Assembly: GCA_030167865.1 (NCBI GenBank)
Contig: JALAGF010000577.1
Coordinates: 1-64,000 of the forward strand
From: Craspedostauros australis
Lineage: Eukaryota
DNA length: 64,000 nucleotides
Direction: 5' to 3'
Shown: piece after piece, positions 43,985-56,789 of the stretch
Position numbering within the stretch: position 1 is the stretch's first letter
How the letters are laid out: each line of letters starts with the position of its first letter
Made by a program: the position numbers and the translations under genes
The notes under the pieces: generated by a model
What the model was told of the DNA's origin: nothing
Database searches by the model: none
Seen by the model: only the letters and a program-made list of their open reading frames with translations

Positions 43985-45539
43985 ATGTCAGCACCACAGA
44001 TGTCACAGAAGGATGCGGAGGCTGCCATCAGCAGCGAAAGCAACGCCGATGACTTCAAGGACGCCTTGGAGGACGACGTCGGCGGCGAGGGAACCTTCCA
44101 GGTGACTCAGGAGGAGCTCACCCTCATCCGAGCGGAGCTGGCATCCGAGTTCCCAGAGGACTTCACATACCTCAGCGACGCCTACATCCTCTCCGTTGCC
44201 TCCAAGCCCTACTCCAAGGACCCCACCGTCCGAAGACCGATCGAGGTATGTCCTGCCCCCTGCTCATCCGTATGTGCGCACGAAACATGCGCATGCCTGT
44301 TCATTGTCATTCGTGGCATTGCTGAGTCGTCTGCGCGCACGGACCCGTTGTCATTGGGTCACGCAAAGCTTCAATAAATCCTATTTCGTCATGTTTGCAT
44401 CGGAAGTGCTTCGCCAAGGGTCCTGCTCCACATGATCGAGATGCAATCAACCAACGTGCGGTACATCGAGACCACCAGAGGAAGCCATTGCAGACTCGCC
44501 CCGTCACTGCCAGAGGCGAAGGACGGCGCGTCGTGGCTTTCTGCCATGATCCGATGTCGTCTTCATCACGCCATTTGCAATGCCCATCCGTTTCACCGAT
44601 ACCATTTGTTGCAGAACTCAACTTTACGCCAATCTAACCATACCTATTTTCATTTCCATTTCCTGAACCACCACTACCTCCATTGGCAATGTCTTACCAT
44701 GTGTCATTGGATGCAAACTCCATCGTCCTGTCAAACTTCTCTTCGATGTTTTCGCTCCACGCCACCCATACCCTGTCATTCCTTCATTTTTGCAGTATTC
44801 CTTGGAGAAGCTCACGAGCGTGATGAAGTGGAGAGAAGAGGAGGGCGCACCAGAGATGGCTGAACTGATCGACCTTGCCAACGGTCCAGAAACCGCTCCT
44901 GAGGCCGTGGAGGACCCTGAGAAACTGGCAAAAGCACAAACCATGGTCACCGCGCTCAACTACGGTTCCATGTACTGGCATGGATTTACGAAGGACGGCC
45001 GTCCAATTTTGTGGCTGCGAACCAACCGCAAGGCGTGGTACCCTGATGTCGACGCCGAGGTCAACGCGCTCATCGTCATGGCTGACATCGGTATCAAGAA
45101 CATGCCAAAGGGGGTCACCGACTTTGTCTGCATTTCTGATTCCTCCTACCCACCACCGCCAAACCCAACCTTCATGATAAAAATGCTCAAAGCTCTTGTG
45201 CGCGGATACCCGGATCGCTTGCAGCTGCTCCTTTCGGCTCCCGTGTCCAGCATCGTGCAATTCGTCATGAATCTGTTGCTTCCGCTCATGCCGGGACGAC
45301 TGGCAAACAAGGTCGTGCTCCTCGACCTTGAGGGGGTTCAAGAGAATCTGAAGGATCTGCTCTTCCACGGAGAGAACGACATTCCAAAGTTCTTCGGCGG
45401 ACCAAACGACCATGACAAGTACTACCCGGAGGAGAGTTACTGCTCGAACAAGGGCAAGGGAAACCTCAAGTTCGACTACTACGGAATGGTCGAGCGGCTC
45501 GAGGCATCGAAGAAGGAATTCGAGGCCTCAAAGAAGTAA
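43985..45539 (+). CDS. CRAL-TRIO (Sec14-like) lipid-binding protein; exons 43985-44245 and 44796-45539
   Basis: YLSDAYILSV...|YSLEKL...KWR; YWHGFTKDGRPILW; GYPDRLQLL..AP; KVVLL; IPKFFGG. Phase-0 intron 44246-44795. Confidence 0.9.
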
Positions 45540-46147
45540 TCGTCATCGACAACAACGATAGCGCAGATGCACATGCATGCACACGCGAATGCAAACGCAA
45601 ACGTAAATGCAGTATGTTTCGTCGCTCGGAAAGCGCAGCTTTTCATCCCGCAGTATGAGTACCCGTTCGAATATCACGATCAACGAAGGGAAGCGAAAGC
45701 GCAACCACATAGCCCAGCACACTTCATGAGGGGCTGTGTCCCTAACTTTCGCACGGGAACGTCTCAACTCAACGTACTCCTAAAATACTGAACACTTAGA
45801 CCAAAGACTTCTGGATGGCGCTCTCTGTAAAAGCGAAATGATCGAGCTCCAGCTCCGTTGCAACCGCAAGGGCTTCACTCAAGTATGCATGGCAGTTGTA
45901 GTTCGCCCGATCAAGCCAGCTTCGTTAATTGTGATTGCACAGAGCAGGCTGCTTGACCGCAACATACAGCACTAACGGGATCGAAGGGGACTCCGGACAT
46001 GAAAGAACATTAGCCAAGTGATCTATTATACAAATTGACTTTCACGTTTACGTACAGCTTACTGGGGCTTTTGCGCGCGCAGTCATCTTCTCGCCTCTTC
46101 GAAGTTGCCCTCACACTTGATTGCGAATTTCCATTATGGAAGATACC

Positions 46148-49100
46148 TCAGAATGAAAATTCATATGCAGAACGCAATGACCTCTTGGACTTCCCCGCCT
46201 TCTTGACGACGCTTGCTTTCTTGCGCGATCGGAACGCAACTGTACTCGACTTGCTTCGTTCACCCTTGGAGGATGGCATTCCGGTCGCCTTGGCACCATT
46301 CTGCTTGGCCTCGTGAGGAGACTTTGCCTTGGACGACGATGACGACGATGGTGAAGCTGATTTGGAGATGGATGCGGTACCCTTGCTTCGTTTGGAAGTG
46401 GTGGTGCTGCGCTTCGGCGGACTCATGGCCTTGCTACTGGATCGACGCCGCCGAGATTTGCTTGTCTCAATTGACTCAGCTGTGGACATCTTTTTGTCTG
46501 TCAGTCTTGTCTTGCGAGATGCTCTGGCGATACCCTCAGCAGCATCTGCGGTAGCAGCCACATCAGCAGAACCCGCAACATTGCTGGCGCCAGCACCAGC
46601 ACCAACATCCTTCGTTGATTTCTTCCTATCCGCAGTCGCTTTGGAAGACAGTCTCAGTCGCTTGGCCGCCCCGTCCACCCCAGTCGACGGAAAGTCGAAC
46701 ACATGGTTCGGCGGGGACATAGGGTTTCTTCGTTTCACTCTCTGCTTCTTCTCCGCAGTGGGGATCAAAGGTGCTTTCACATCTACAATCTCGGGCGGAG
46801 GCTGCGTCGTTGGATTGGAAGTGGGGCGCTTCTGACGGGTTCTTGGTTTGGTCAAATCCTTGGTTTGACCGTGGTGACGAGAACGGATGGAAGTAGCCGC
46901 CTTCGGCACCTTGGTCGTTGCAGTTGGTCTGACCATGCGGTCTGACTTTGTCTTCTTGTTCTTCGCGATGATAGAAGGTGATTTGGTCACCGTCCCGCTC
47001 TTGATTGGCGCGGCCGGTTCATTGGTAGAGCCTTCCTTGTGGCTCCGCAGTCGATGACTCCGTACCGTCGAAGTACGACGAAGAGTGGACAACGCAAATC
47101 TTGATCCCACTGAGCCCGCTTCCGTAGGAACCTTGCCCTTGTTCTCTTGGCGTGTCTCAGCTTTCAAGGCTTGCTCCCAGTGGACATGTTGGCGGAGGGG
47201 CTGGATGCTCTTGACGACTGCATCTTGCGACACATCGCCATCTGGATCTCGCGTGCTGTCTGGAATACAGGGGGCACTCGACTGAAACAACGCTTTAGGA
47301 CGAATATCGATGGCTCGGTCGTGTTGTTTGCCGTGGTCATTGATGCAGTCAGCTGTTGGATTGATGATGAGGCTGATGTTCGTTCTCGTATCATCGAGCT
47401 TCTTCTGCACCTTCTCGGTGCTGCCACCAGAACTGCAATTCGCATCGCCACCAGTTTCGATGGCGGCATCCAAAAAATCATCTTCATCTGTTTCTTCACT
47501 ATCGTCGCACAGACCGTAGGTACCACACGAAATAGGGACCCGCAGCTGCTTGGCCGTTTGTTTTCGATCTCCTGAGTTGTCTTGTAAGGCCTGTTGAACA
47601 TTCGCAGGGGGGCGTGAATGATCGCGACGGGATGAAGTTGGAGGATGAGATTTCTTTGAATCCAGTGCAGCGGTGGTGCCAGATATAGGCTCAGATGGGA
47701 CATCCTGGGCGGCTGAAGGGCTACGCTTCTTTTCAGTGTTCTTCATCTTCATCTTCTTCTCCTTCTCCTTCTCCTCCTCGTCTTCCTTCACTTTTGCCGC
47801 CAACTGCTTCTTGGCTCTCTCCGCCTTGTCTGCGTCGATCGCCTTTCTGCAAAGCTGTTCGAATCTTGCTGCCACGTCGGGTAGCTGCAATGGCGACGTT
47901 GAACACGCATTCTTTTCCGCAATTCTTGATACCAGCACGCGCATCCATGGATATTCTGCACGCGTGGACGATGCGTTGGTCGGAGATGTGGATGGCAACG
48001 AGGGGAGAGTAGAAAAGTGATTGAGATGAATGCTGATTGAGATCAAGACGAATCGCGCAATGCACCAACCTGCTGGAGACTATCAACTCGTGCAGCAAGC
48101 ATCCAAAGCTGATTGAAATTCGCGTTCAACGTGTTCAACACAGTAAAATCGTACCTTCGAGAGTCTCGCTCAGCATCGCCTGGCTGGATGCTCGATGTTT
48201 CGCGATGCTCTTGTCGTGTTGGGCTTTTCCTTCTTCGCACGAGACACGGAAACGATCATGTAGCTGCTTGATGCCATCTTGATGGTTGCTGTTCGCTTGC
48301 TGTTTGGCTCGCAAGTCCTGCAGAAGATCGGTTTGTGTACGTTTGAGATCGCAGAGACCGTTGGTCTGCCATTGATCCCTGCTTTCTTCCAGGCCTCGTT
48401 TTTGCGATTGTATTGCCTCGAGGCGATCATCTTTCTTCTTCTTCTCTGCATCCAGCTTGACCCGGCATTCATTGATCTCGTTCTGTTGCCGAAGCTCCGC
48501 GCCTTCCTTGGCCACCCGCAACCCGTTCACCTTTTCCTCGAGTTGCGACACGGCCACCTTTTTGCTTCGATATTCCTTCAACCAAGACTCCATCTCTGCC
48601 TTGCGGTGCTCTTCAGCCATTCGGAGCTTCTTGTTCTGTTCCACCAATTTGCGGATCTCTTCGTGATGCGCTGCTGTCGTGGCTTTCGAGGTGTCGATCG
48701 TCTTGGCGACGCCAGACAACACGCCCCGGGATGAAACGGCATCGGTGACCGCATTGTCGTAGCGTTGCTCCACTTCCCGCAGTGTGGCACGCAACGGATC
48801 GAGGTCCAGTGGTATGGGATTAGAGCCATCGTGATCTCCTTCACTGAGCAGCGCGAGTTGTGTTTCTGACTCAATCAGTGCGATTCTCTTGAGGTTTTCT
48901 GCGACGGCGGCAGCGATCTCAGCGGACTCCTTTTCTGTGTGCTCGATGGTCTTCGAAGACATGTTCGTTTCTTCGTCCAACGAAGTCAAGGTGGCATTCA
49001 TGGATTCCATGGTCTCGCTGTGCTCCCGTTGTGCCTCAAGGAGGGATGCTTCGAGCTTGCCGATCCGTGCACGACCGTCTCGATTTTGGGATTGGAGCCC

Positions 49101-50210
49101 ATTCAATTGGATCTCGAGTTGTGTGTTGGAACGCTTGCGGGAGCTGAGTTGGTCCGCATAGCGAGAACTCTGGTTGGAGAGAAGGCGCACATCGTGCAGC
49201 AACGATTTCTCGGCGCCTGTCGCTCGCTCGAGGCTTCGGCGTTTTGCTTGGATGGCATCCTGCATGGACTGGTGCAGGAGCTTCAGATTCCATTCTTGGT
49301 GGCGGAGCTTGCTGACGCGCGGGCACATCTTGCGTCTCCATGTTGCGATGCGGTTGGCGATGGTGATCCCACCTCTCAACTTGCAATCAAACACCTTGAT
49401 GCGATCTCCCGTTCGGGAACCCTCAAGACGGCGGTTGCCAACGTCTCTCGACCAGACAGAGAGCCGATCTCTGACGCTGGCGAGCTGGGTGCGAAGCTGT
49501 CCGTTGAGGTACTTGGCCGATTCGAGCTTGGTATCGATGAGTTGGGCGTCGTGAAGACGAGTGGTCTTGAGCCGCCGTGCTGCTTCGAGCTTCTGCTGCG
49601 ATTCCCGTTGCTGAGCCTCCAGCACCCGCAGATCCTCCAGCACTGATCCACCGAAAGGCGACGATCCGGATGTGCGCGGTTGGGAGATATGCATTTCAGG
49701 AGGTACGGCGCGTTGCGACGAGGTCGAACGTGGCATCGATGGTGCAGACAGCAAGCGCAAATGCGAGAGCAAGGGAAAGAACAAGGGCCAGTGAGATGGA
49801 ATGGAGAGGGATAAGCTGGCCGAATAATATTACTCGAAGCCTCGTAGCAGAACCATGCGAGTAACAAGGCGACATCGAGGCAACGGCAAGAATGGACCAT
49901 CCGTGCTGTTCTTTCATACTCCTCGTACATCAGTAGAGTACGTACCTTCGGCCATCGAAACGGTATGGTCCTGCGGGGATGTGGACTGTCGCGCGGGCTG
50001 CTTGTGGATCTGCTGCTGCTGCTGCCCTGCAACGCCTTGCGGAGGGCGCTGCATCTGCAGCTGCATCTGCACCGGCTGTTTCTGGTGATGATTCGGATGC
50101 CGGTGCCCCACCACCGTCCGTCTTGGGCGTCCTTTGATCTTGGTGTGGGGCGTCACACGAGCTGATCTGTTTGCCATCCCAGTCGCTGGCCTGGAGACAC
50201 CAGGAGACAT
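46148..50210 (-). CDS. 1186-aa protein with a Q-rich head, ~500-aa coiled coil and basic disordered tail; exons 50210-49946, 49642-48155, 47955-46148
   Basis: Three adjacent ORFs join through two phase-1 GT-AG introns (SMAE-V-LEDLR; ETLE-E-YPW) into 3561 nt = 1187 codons. The first acceptor is the less certain splice site. Confidence 0.68.
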
Positions 50211-51331
50211 GATGCACGACGAACGCTGGTGCTGCGGTTGGCGCTGCTGCTGGTGTTTGAAGGGACCTGCCGGCATGATGACGATGACGATGATTGATCT
50301 TCCATGTATCTGTGGCTGCTGCTGGTTACTTCAGAATGCAGAGTATCTTGTGATATCCAATGTGTTGTTGTTGTGGAATGGAGTAATAGGTCAAAGGTTT
50401 GGTGCACCTCTCAGTGTTGGGCAATTGCTTGCGAGGACGAAACTTCATCCCACCTTCACGAGCTCTGCATTCTGCGCTCTCCGGTTGGGAGCGTTGGTGC
50501 GATGGGACGCCAAGAATCCGGCGCGGGCGGCAGGCTGTGAACCAGAGACATCTCCGTGCTTCGTCATTCTTCCACATTCTTCGCCCTTGGAGGGGACCAT
50601 CTTTGGCGCCAAGATGTGCAAGATGCTGGCTCAGCATGTCGCGGCAGCCTGGGCGGTCAGGGGCGTGGGCAGTGGCCGTCGTCTTGCTGCAGATGGCACG
50701 CCATGTTTTCTGTCAGGTCTGTGTCGGCGGCACCCTTTGTGGTTGTTGTTCTTGGTTGTGTTTCTTGTGTCGTTCCAGATACCTTTTCAGATTCGTGTGT
50801 GTGTCGATTTTCCGCGTTGTTCTGACATGATTGTGTCAGTCGATTGAGTCAAATTCGTGTGAACAGTACTCCATCTTTCCAAAATAGAGATATCACATGA
50901 TTTGATTGAGGAAGACGCCAAAATACCAGTCTTTCGGTATCATCGAGTCACTTCTCAATTTATGGAAGAGCTAATTGATTGGATGTGATCACGAGTGGGA
51001 CACCGAGAGAAACGGGATTGACCTTTTTTGTGCGAAACGGAGTCTTCACGATGTCGCAGGCTGAAACAAACAACAGCGAACAGCGAACCAGATTTCTCTT
51101 TGTTGTGGTGCCAACAACATGGTTGGATGTAGTGGAAGCAATGGAGAATAGCAGCAGGACGCAACACGCGCAGAGCATGGTGATACTCCGGTACGAGGCA
51201 CGCTGTTCTCTTGGTCCCCACGCAGACATCAGACACAAGACAGCAGCACCAACACCATTCGCACAAACGCGTCGCACGGAATCACGAGGCACCCACCATC
51301 CAGCCAACAAGCAGCACCAAACTGAGGCACC

Positions 51332-52553
51332 ATGGCGGGCGACGAAGGAATTGAGCTGGTGGGCAACGATGTCGAGGCACAGAACCCCGAGAAGATGGGA
51401 GGAGATGAGGAGGCAGACGAGAAGAAGCCGGAGGGAATGGCGTTCATGACGAAGGCCATCCTTCTCGTTGGCCTTGTCGCGGCTGTCGTGAACGCTGTTG
51501 CCATCGTTGTGGAGGGATCTATGATCATGATCATCGCAGGAGGCATCTCCATCGTCGTCGCGTTGGCAGTGATGAAATTCCAGCTTGATTTGGGAGATCC
51601 AGACGGTGAGTTGGCGGAGCTGTGGTTTTGGAACCATCAGCGAAACACAGCGGATGCGTTTCTCTCCTTTTGCGTGCGAGAGCCAGCGCGGAAGCGTGTC
51701 AAGAATGTTTCGCACTTTGGTTGTGTCCCTGAGAGAAATTCAGGATCTGCATCCGAATGCTTCTCACCCCAAGCTTCTCGTGCTCCCTGCCATCATCGGA
51801 CGGTCTTTGTTTGATGTCCTTGGTGCTCTCGGTGATGCCTGCCTGCCTGCTCTATTCACCATGCTGTTGGCTGTGGCGCTGGTGCCAACAATTGCGATAT
51901 TGACGACTGTGACACTGTGGATGATCCCTGGTGTGGCTTGTGCGGTACAATTGCGTCTTTCCCATGCTCCCACCACCACCGCCACAACGTCTAACACCAT
52001 TGCCACAACGTAACATAACGCAACATGATGCACAATGGAACAACATGCCGCTCCATGAACAGCCATGAGACAGATCCAGAATCAGCTCCGCTTGGCCGTC
52101 AATGACTTCGCGAGAACCAACGTCGGCTTGACCAACAACATCGACAAGCTCGAAGGTGAGGCAAACCGCTTGAAGGGTGTGGAAGAGAAGCTGGAGGACA
52201 TCGCCGCGCAGCAAGGAAAGACCGTGTCGAAGCTCAACTCGATCGTCGAAGAGAATCGCATCATCCTTGAAGAAAAGAGGGAGCTGGTCAAGGCCGATGT
52301 CATGCAGTCGATGATGTCCGCCGTGATCGAGTGCGATCGTGACCAAACTGGTGACTTCTCCAACAAGGAGATCAACCGACTGGTTCTGCGTCTGAACGGC
52401 CTTCCAGCCATCAGCTTCAACGAGGAGAAGTTGAGAGAAAAGATCCTGGCCAACAGATCGTTGCACTCCGTCATTGAATTGCTGCAGGATATCGAGGGAG
52501 GGGATGATGGTGTCCCCGAGGATCAAAGGATCTTCACTATCAACGAGGATTAG
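51332..52553 (+). CDS. Two-TM membrane protein with a coiled coil and one EF-hand-like loop; exons 51332-51605 and 52063-52553
   Basis: TM segments AILLVGLVAAVVNAVAIVV and IMIIAGGISIVVALAVM; phase-1 intron 51606-52062; heptads; loop DRDQTGDFSNKE. Confidence 0.8.
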
Positions 52554-53632
52554 GAGAGCGGTCTCGATGTGTTGCGTTTCGCAGTCCAGCGCAAACCAGC
52601 CACATCATGCGAAACATTTTTTGCGCTGACGGTTGATTCAGAAGATACTCTTGTGTACTCGAGAGTGTCCGTTTCTGTATTCGAGGAACGCATTCAATCC
52701 CGGCTTGCCACAAGGCAATGCGCATTCGCAACCACACCGACGCCCACACCCACCCTCACGCTCCCACCAATAACATGGTGATGGGAGCTGCAGGATTGTG
52801 ATGGGTTTATCCCTGATACCATCGCTGATTGTGATGGAAGCCAATGAAGCTACCACGATCCGTACAATCATGCTCACCGTACTATTCAACTCATCTATAT
52901 ATGTATTAGAACACCTTTGAAGTTGTGAAGCAAGGCTGTGTCAACAAACAGTGGGGCTGTCCAACTTCGGTACGAGTGTTTTGCCATTTTGGTACGAATG
53001 CCTTGCCGCAGTACGAGCACATGAGCTCTTCTGTGCGTGTTTGTATGAGCGCGGGACCACTGCTCGTCCATGTTTCGCCGATAGTCGCACGTTGCTCGTA
53101 CAAGTCATGTGTTTGCGCCGTGTGTGACGTTGTCGCAAGATGTGCGCAAACGATGCCTACCGTACTCGTATTCGCGCTCATGCCACACCAGTACGATAGA
53201 AGCCTCTTGAACTAACTCAACATATACACATCTATGAATTATGATCGGCAAGTGGAAAGTGCAGAGCACAGAGCCTCCTCGCTGTGCTTTGTTTCGCATT
53301 GATTTGTTGCTTTCTTCGCGTGGGCTCGCTGCTCTTTCCGTGGCTTGCCGATTACTTTATGAGTGTGGGCGGGATGCCATCTGCATCACAACATGCAATG
53401 GACTGACATCAAGATTGGACGACTACTCGGGCTGAGCTGGCTGGTGGCGTTTCGTTCTTGTATCTCTTCTTGCGTCTCTTCTTAGTTTGGATACATACTC
53501 GTAGTTCAGCTCACTTGTCCAGCTCACTGGTGTAATCAACATTGACATTGACGTTGGCTTTGACGCGGACGACGCTGTTGTTGTTGCTGCTGCTGATGAT
53601 GATGATGACGAATGTGGGTGATGACACATCAC

Positions 53633-56600
53633 TTACGGAATTTGGACGCCGCCGATAATGATCGGATCGTCGGTGGGGAAGCATCTGTTGCAGCACTGGG
53701 CAGAACAGGCGATCTCCGCTGTGCCGTTGATGACTGTGCAATCCACCCACAGGTCCTCGATGTTTCCGTTCAGGTCGTCTCTGTTGTTGCACAAGGACTG
53801 TGGGACTTCGCCCGTCAATTCATTGGTGAACAGCAGGATCTCTTTGAGCGCCGGCAGCTGGCCTGGCTGGATGGGTGGAATCATCCCTGTCAGCATGTTG
53901 TCGAACAGGTACAGGTCCTCCAACACAGACGAGGTTCCATAGCTGCCAGGGATCTTCCCATCCAACCTGTTCCTGTCGAGGTACACGATGCGGAGCGATT
54001 CGATGGAAAATAGCGTCGATGGCAAGGATCCAGTCAGATCATTCTCTGACAAGTCGATGAAATCCAAGGTGCCCCAATCATTGAAAGAGTCTCTGATGGT
54101 ACCATTCAGAGTGTTGTTGTTGAGCTGAAGGATGACTGTTGTGCGTGATGTGTATGTTCGAGTATGTTGTTGTGTATTGCGTGGTGCCGTGTGCAATGTC
54201 AGCAAGATAGTGGCGCGCGAAGGAAAGGTATTGTATGTTGCAAGTACGGGGGTGAGCAAGCTGCGTTTGCAGATCCATGCGAAGACTTGCCATGGAGAAA
54301 CGCAGGGAGCACATATGCATGGCACGGATGCATTGCATTGTCACACAAGCAGACAGTCCACAAGATGCAAACAAGCAGATCAGTAGAACGCCTGGGCTCA
54401 AATCCTTGCCATGCATCGAGTTGGTACGTACCGAGGTCGGAGAGCCCGGACAATGAGACTGGGATATTTCCAGTAAGCTCGTTCGCCATCAGCCTCAGAT
54501 CGACGAGAGCCTTCAAGTTTCCGATGTTGGTGCTCAAACTGCCCGTGAAACGATTGTCGTCGAGACGGAGGACCTCAAGGTCAGTGTTGGCAAAGACGTC
54601 CTCAGGGATCGGCCCTGAGAGATTGTTCTTGAACAGCTGCAGCTCCTTCAAGGAACGGACAGTGCCAAAAGAAGGCAGTTCACCGATGAGAGCATTCTCG
54701 TGTAAGAACAGGAATTCTGTGTTCCATAGGTTTTATGGATCAGTGCAAAACAAAAGCAAGAAACGAGATCGTAAGAGCATGTGTGAGGAGAGCCGGTGTA
54801 GAGTAAGGGAATGGTATGCTGGCCATGGTATGTTTGCACAATGCTGCACGCGTACCGAACGAAGAGACGCCGATTTGTGGGTGGGGACTTACCGAGGCTT
54901 TCCAGTTCTCCGATCACAGAGGGAATTACACCAGTGATGGAGTTTCTGGAGAGAGAAATTTCCGTGATATCGTTGTTGTCGCCGACAGTGATGTCGATCT
55001 GCCCATTGAGCAGATTGCTGCCGACCTTGAGCTCTCTGAGCATCTGCACCTTGGACAGATCGAAGGAAGGCTGGCCTGTCAACGAATTGGTCTCGAGGTC
55101 GAGAACGACCAAGGATGCAACGTCAAACAATGTGTCCGGAATCTCTCCGATCAAGATGTTGTTTGACAAGTTCAATTCCGTCAGCGCAGTGAGGGTTCCC
55201 AACTCCCGCGGTATGGGGCCAATTGCGTTGTTGTTGGCTGCGTTGGTGTTGATGTAGATGTTGATGAAGATGTTGACGTTGGTGGTTCATACGAGAGCGT
55301 GTGCATGATCAGCGAGAAGCGAAGTAGGCGAAGAAAGAGGATGGAGAAGGAAGAACGATGGTCAGCGATCGCCAGCATCTGGGCACAGACGGCAGGCTGC
55401 CAAGACCGTCAATCTGAACCACAATCGAAGGCAACCCCATCCGACAGGCATTCCATGGTGCAAACCAAACAAAAGTACAAGTACGTTGTCGTCAACTTAC
55501 GCAGGGAAATGATCGACGGAACACCAGACGCTTGGCACGTGACTCCGAACCATTGGCATTCACCGATTCCCGTCAACCATTGACTGTTGTTGGTCCAGGT
55601 GTCTCCTCCAGTGGCAAAGTAGAGGACAGCAAGGATGTAGCGCTCTGTGGTTGTGAGGTATGTACAAGGATCGATGATTGCGGGATCGTCGTTGAGAATC
55701 CACTCGAACGCCATTCCTTGGAAAGTGGTGCGATCTTGAAGGAGGGTGGCGTCGGTCACAGCACTGAGCTCATCAGCAAGCGCATCGGAGCGTGACTTGG
55801 ATGCGCAGGACACACTTGGGATGGATGATGGCATGTTGGTAGGGGCTGTTCGATCAATTGAAACACGACCCATCGCAGTACCCATCGCATGTTAGATGAG
55901 GATGCATTCAAGTGAAGTCAAGTCGTCAATTGGAGTTTACGAGAGTATTGAAGTAAAGTCATGCGGAATTGAGTGACGAAACGTGAGTCGAGGAAATGCA
56001 AGATGAGGATAGATAATGTGAGTGAATTGAGTTCACCACGCATGAATGGATGTGTGTGGTGCGGAAAAGTAGGATGGAGGTTGCATAATGCGAGTATCAA
56101 GCCGCAGCGTCCATAACGGCATCAAGTTGTTGGCAATTGCTGCCACTGCAGGTGGTATCATCTTCACGGTATCAGAACTGAAGCGCTTGGTTGGCTCGTT
56201 GGTTGGTTGCTCTAAGTCCAGTCGAAGGTTTGGTCCCTCCGACATGAATAGCAACGCTAACCGCAAAGTCACTGCCCGCAACACTAGCGACGACGACAGC
56301 AGTAGGCATCGTGGACGTACCTGCGGTTGGAACAGATGTGGACGTGCCCGTGGTTGGAACAGATGTGGCCGCCGGCTCATCGGTTGGAGACATGGTATCC
56401 TCGGTTGGCGCGGCTGTTTCCATAGTCATGGACATGGACATGGAAAGGCTCATGGACATATCCATGGTCGATAGCATGAACGATTCCGTCTCTGCCAACA
56501 ACGCATCCCTATCGACTAGCTGTTGCTTGTCATCGGCGATGTCGAACAAATCTCGGCCTTTCCGCAGTACATTGCGCGTCTCCTCGTCGGCTTGACGCCC

Positions 56601-56789
56601 GAAGTCATCACGTCCGATGGCGCCATCAATCGCACCAGCCAAAGGCATGCGCGCGTTGTCGACCGTGTAGAGAGATGCACCTCGGCGCAGACGCTCTGGA
56701 ACTGCATCCACCGTCATGAGGAACTGCATGCAACACAGGACGGCTGCTGCCCTCCCAATGGAGCTTGGAATTGGCAGTAGCATCGTCAT
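53633..56789 (-). CDS. Second secreted LRR protein; exons 56789-56321, 55845-55501, 55237-54893, 54716-54432, 54135-53633 (3' end uncertain)
   Basis: Signal peptide, MSMSLSM/PT stalk, FQGMAFEWI..DDP..ERYILAVLYFATGG..W..ECQWFGVTC cap, LRRs and C-cap DC...CCNRCF. All four introns are phase-1 GT-AG. The stop overlaps a donor-like CC|GTAAGT. Confidence 0.85.
56311..56368. repeat. 27-bp tandem duplication spanning the first splice donor of LRR gene 2
   Basis: gtggacgtacctgcggttggaacagat / gtggacgtgcccgtggttggaacagat. Confidence 0.85.

Noticed and set aside
50602-50612. E2F-like site TTTGGCGCCAA upstream of the coiled-coil gene (others near 18714, 37341 and 57673)
   Set aside because: Several such 8-mers are expected by chance in 64 kb, so they are not supportable without conservation data.
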